Part shown: positions 61,040 to 64,000 of the stretch, piece after piece | Numbering within the stretch: the first letter of the stretch is position 1 | Layout of the letters: the number at the start of each line of letters is the position of its first letter | Source: Myxococcota bacterium | GTDB lineage: Bacteria > Myxococcota_A > UBA9160 > SZUA-336 | Direction of reading: 5' to 3' | Length of the DNA: 64,000 bases | Assembly (NCBI GenBank): GCA_965247115.1 | Contig: CBDFGR010000002.1 | Location: 2,080,001-2,144,000 of the forward strand | The notes under the pieces: generated by a model | Databases searched by the model: none | The model's input: the letters and a program-made list of their open reading frames with translations, nothing else | Told to the model about the DNA's origin: nothing | Position numbers and translations under genes: made by a program

Positions 61040-61318
61040 GGGGACCGCGAGTTCGACCTGGTTGTCGCGATGTACGGCCGGTTGCGGATGCTGGCCCGGT
61101 TTCTTCAGGGTCGGTGCGGGCGTGTGATCTCGGTCGGCGGCGTGCCGGTCTACCGGGGCTACGCCCGTCCGACGACCGTGTTTCCGGTGGGGTTGCCCGT
61201 GCCCACGCGCGAGGACGCGCCGAAGGCCGGACCGGACGAGGTCGGGAAAGTCCTCCGCATCATCGAGACCGAGGACGTCGTCTTCGAGTGTCACCCGACG
61301 GCCGCCCACTTCCGCTAA
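61040..61318 (+). pseudogene. NAD-dependent epimerase-like internal fragment
   Basis: YGRLR...ISVGGVPVYRG...GLPVPTREDAP. Confidence 0.45.
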
Positions 61319-61640
61319 TTGCCGAGCGTGTGGATCGCGCTGACGACGAGCCGGCGCGACCGCCGCACCTCCGGCTTCCTCGAGGGTGTGAACACGTTCG
61401 TGTGCTTCCGCAGGGATGCCGAAGTCCTCCTTGTGCATGCACACCGCGTTCTCGACCGCAGCTACGGCAACCGCGAGCAGCAAGGACGCCCTGGAGTTTC
61501 TCGGCCAGCGCAGCGGCGGCAGGACCTTCATCATCGACCACGCGGCGCTGAGCGCGAGCAGCATTCTGAAGACCGTCGTCAGCGCTCACAGGGGCATCTC
61601 GTTCGAGCTGATTGCGGACGCTGCCAAACGGGATCTGGCG

Positions 61641-62159
61641 CTACGTACTCGGCCTCGCCCTCCTGATGTGCGCGGTCGCCGTCGTCACGTACCGCGTCAG
61701 ATCGTTCGAGGACCAGCGCTCGGGTCGCACGCTCATCAGCACGCTATGGGACAGCGTCACCTCGATCTGCTTCGCGTACAGCTCTGCAGCCTCCTTGTCC
61801 AGATAGCGGTAACAGAGAGGCAGCAGGTCCTTCATCTTCGGTTCCCGTAGAGAGGCCACGGGACCTTCGACGCTGACGTAGGTCCTGAAGTCGCTCGTCA
61901 TCAAGAAGGTGACCGCGACCCCTGGCCGCAGGAGCTTGCCCTTGAGCGAAGTCTTCTCCGTGATGATCCAGACATCGCCGCCCGGTTCGTAGCCGTACCA
62001 CATGGGGACCGACAGTGGGCCGCGTCCCTCGCGCTGGATGGACATCACGGTGAAGTGGGGCTGGGCCAGGAAGGCCTCGCGCTGCTCGCGCGACATCGGA
62101 TTCCGCACGCTCTCGAAGTACTCCTGGGCCGCGGCAGTGATCGGGGTCCTGCTCTCCAT
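61641..62159 (-). CDS. PNPOx-like (flavin/F420-binding) protein
   Basis: MSREQREAFLA, PLSVPMWYGY, YVSVEGPV, RPERW; AAGGAGG RBS. Confidence 0.8.
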   Translation of the reverse strand: MESRTPITAAAQEYFESVRNPMSREQREAFLAQPHFTVMSIQREGRGPLSVPMWYGYEPGGDVWIITEKTSLKGKLLRPGVAVTFLMTSDFRTYVSVEGPVASLREPKMKDLLPLCYRYLDKEAAELYAKQIEVTLSHSVLMSVRPERWSSNDLTRYVTTATAHIRRARPST

Positions 62160-62324
62160 GCGAGTCCTCCTTCGCTTGCGCTGCCTTTCGTGGGACCGAA
62201 GTCCGCTCTCTTTGACTCTCCGCCCGCGTCCGGGTAAGGCAGCGAGGCCTACGGCGTCGCAGAGACGATGGTACCATACCGGGCCGCCCGAGGTCGCGGC
62301 AGCAACGAGGGGACGAACGTGTCG

Positions 62325-62960
62325 ATGTCGGGTATCTCGCTGGACGGCAAGGTCGCCATCGTGACCGGCGGCTCGAAGGGAATCGGTCGCGCCATCGCTC
62401 TCACACTGGCCGGGAACGGCGCCAGGGTCGCAATCGCCGCGCGGGGCAAGGAAGCCCTGGAGAAGACGGCGAAGGAGATCGAGCAAGAGCGGCGGACGTG
62501 CGCTCTCCGTCCAGGCCGACGTAACGAACACCGACGATCTCGTTCGCCTGCATCGGGAGACGGTCGAGCAGCTCGGCGACGTCGACATTCTGGTCAACAA
62601 CGCCCTGTACTCCGCGGGTTCCGGGGACGGTCCGGCGACGGCGATCACCGAAGACGATTTCGTGAATACGATGCGGGGGAACGTCTGGGCTCCGCTCCGC
62701 CTGGCTCAGCTCTGTCACTCGTCCATGGCGAAGCGCGGCGGAGGCGTCGTTCTCAACATCTCGTCCAATGCCGGGTTTATCGGCGATCCGGTCTCGGTGC
62801 CTACCCGTCGTCGAAGGCCGCCCTCATCAATCTCACCAAGCAGCTGGCCAAGGAATGGGCGTCGGATCGGATCCGGGTCGTCTGCATCGCCCCGGGCCTC
62901 GTTCGTACGGACGTCGCGCGCGGCCTGGTCGAGATGGTGGAGAAGGGGCAGGTCCAGTTC
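62325..62960 (+). pseudogene. SDR oxidoreductase with two frameshifts, truncated
   Basis: [15 protein letters not shown] and YPSSK lie in changing frames. Confidence 0.82.
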
Positions 62961-62969
62961 GCGCTGGGG

Positions 62970-63602
62970 GTCGTTGAACAAACCGAGCGCGTCGTACAGC
63001 CACCGCCTACTCCACCTCTTCCACCCGAAGCCTCCACGCTTCCGTGCACGCATCAGATGCCGTCGAATCTCCTTCTCCACCCAATCTCGAATGAAGTCGA
63101 AGCACCGGCTCGAATGACCCACAGCGAAGTAGTGAACCCATCCCCGCAAGATCGGATTGATGAGCTGCACCACCCGATCCACGGGCTGGGAATGAAAGCG
63201 TCGGAAGATTTCCTTCAGCTTCCGCAGCAACGCCGTTCGCCTACTCAGCTTGGGCGTACACTGCGCCCGCCAAACGCCCCGAAGACTGCGGACGCGGCGG
63301 AACTCGAAGCCCAGGAATCCGAAGCTCTCTCCCTTCGCCAGGTCCACGACCCGGCTCTTCTCCTCATTGATCTCGACGCGAAGCTTGGCGAATTCCCCCC
63401 GAAGTCGTTTCTCCACCGCCCGCAGTAGCCAGTCATGGCGCGGATAGGCGTCGATCAGGATGACGATGTCATCGGCCCAGCGCACGTACTCCACGTACGT
63501 GTACCGGCCCTGACGCGTGGTCTCTTTCGCTCGCTCCAGCATCCGATCCACCTCGGTGAGGTAGAGGTTGCTGAGCAGCGGTGAGATCACGCCACCCTGA
63601 GG
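62970..63602 (-). mobile_element. Group II intron RT/maturase fragment (RT4-7 and domain X)
   Basis: [42 protein letters not shown]. Confidence 0.88.
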
Positions 63603-63661
63603 AAGGGCGCGGACTTGACAGGATCTCGACCACCAGAACAGAATCGCGAGAGGGAGGCTCG

Positions 63662-64000
63662 ATGGCAAAAACGCGTGCGGACGTGTCGGGGCAGATGAAG
63701 GCGATCCGGGAGGAGCTCCAAGCTCTGATGCCCGGCTCTCAAAAGCTGAAGGAAAAGCACGGTCGCGTGCTGGCCCAGGAGCTGGTGGGAACGGTCGATC
63801 TCCCGAATGAGTTCTACGTGCAGAGCGCCAGGGGCTCCCGGGTGACCGACGTCGACGGTCGCGAGTACATCGATCTCACCATGGGATTAGGGCCGCTGCT
63901 GCTGGGTCACAACCCGGAGGTGGCCGTCGCGGCTGCGCGGCAGACGGCGGCGGAGGTGGGGCTCCACCTGGGCCTGCCGAGCCCCTACCAGGGGGAGCTC
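63662..64000 (+). CDS. Class III aminotransferase (GSA-aminomutase-like), 5' part (runs off the window end)
   Basis: ARGSRVTDVDGREYIDLTMGLGPLLLGH; GGGAGG RBS. Confidence 0.85.
   Translation, partial: MAKTRADVSGQMKAIREELQALMPGSQKLKEKHGRVLAQELVGTVDLPNEFYVQSARGSRVTDVDGREYIDLTMGLGPLLLGHNPEVAVAAARQTAAEVGLHLGLPSPYQGEL

Overview
High-GC bacterial DNA with no housekeeping genes. The window is an accessory, heavily rearranged catabolic region. About 25 intact genes are present: family III CoA-transferases, amidohydrolases, luciferase-like oxidoreductases, Baeyer-Villiger monooxygenases (BVMO), a thiolase-like/DUF35 pair, an HSL-type esterase, an Xdh/CoxL-type molybdoenzyme, a PQQ quinohemoprotein ADH, a TonB-dependent receptor and MFS transporters. 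They sit among more than 30 gene fragments and at least ten internal duplications, many of them inverted, internally deleted or slightly diverged. Mobile DNA includes four apparently identical 1275-bp IS5-family copies at CTAG, remnants of IS21, IS91 and group II introns, three tRNA/tmRNA 3' scars and a tyrosine integrase. Main observations: (1) a complete 3008-bp IS1-like element with 20-bp TIRs and an 8-bp TSD, carrying three passenger genes that include a putative toxin plus HTH-ImmA/IrrE antitoxin pair (RosmerTA-like); (2) a probable unannotated selenoprotein (W-UGA-P-P-C with a SECIS-like hairpin) that the ORF track splits; (3) an integrase split by a transposase-free amidohydrolase cassette flanked by a 9-bp direct repeat; (4) two LLM paralogs with clustered, mostly non-synonymous divergence; (5) a group II intron 3' end that supplies the AT of a BVMO start codon. 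All calls are from reading the sequence and from recalled family motifs. No searches were run, and fragment boundaries are approximate.
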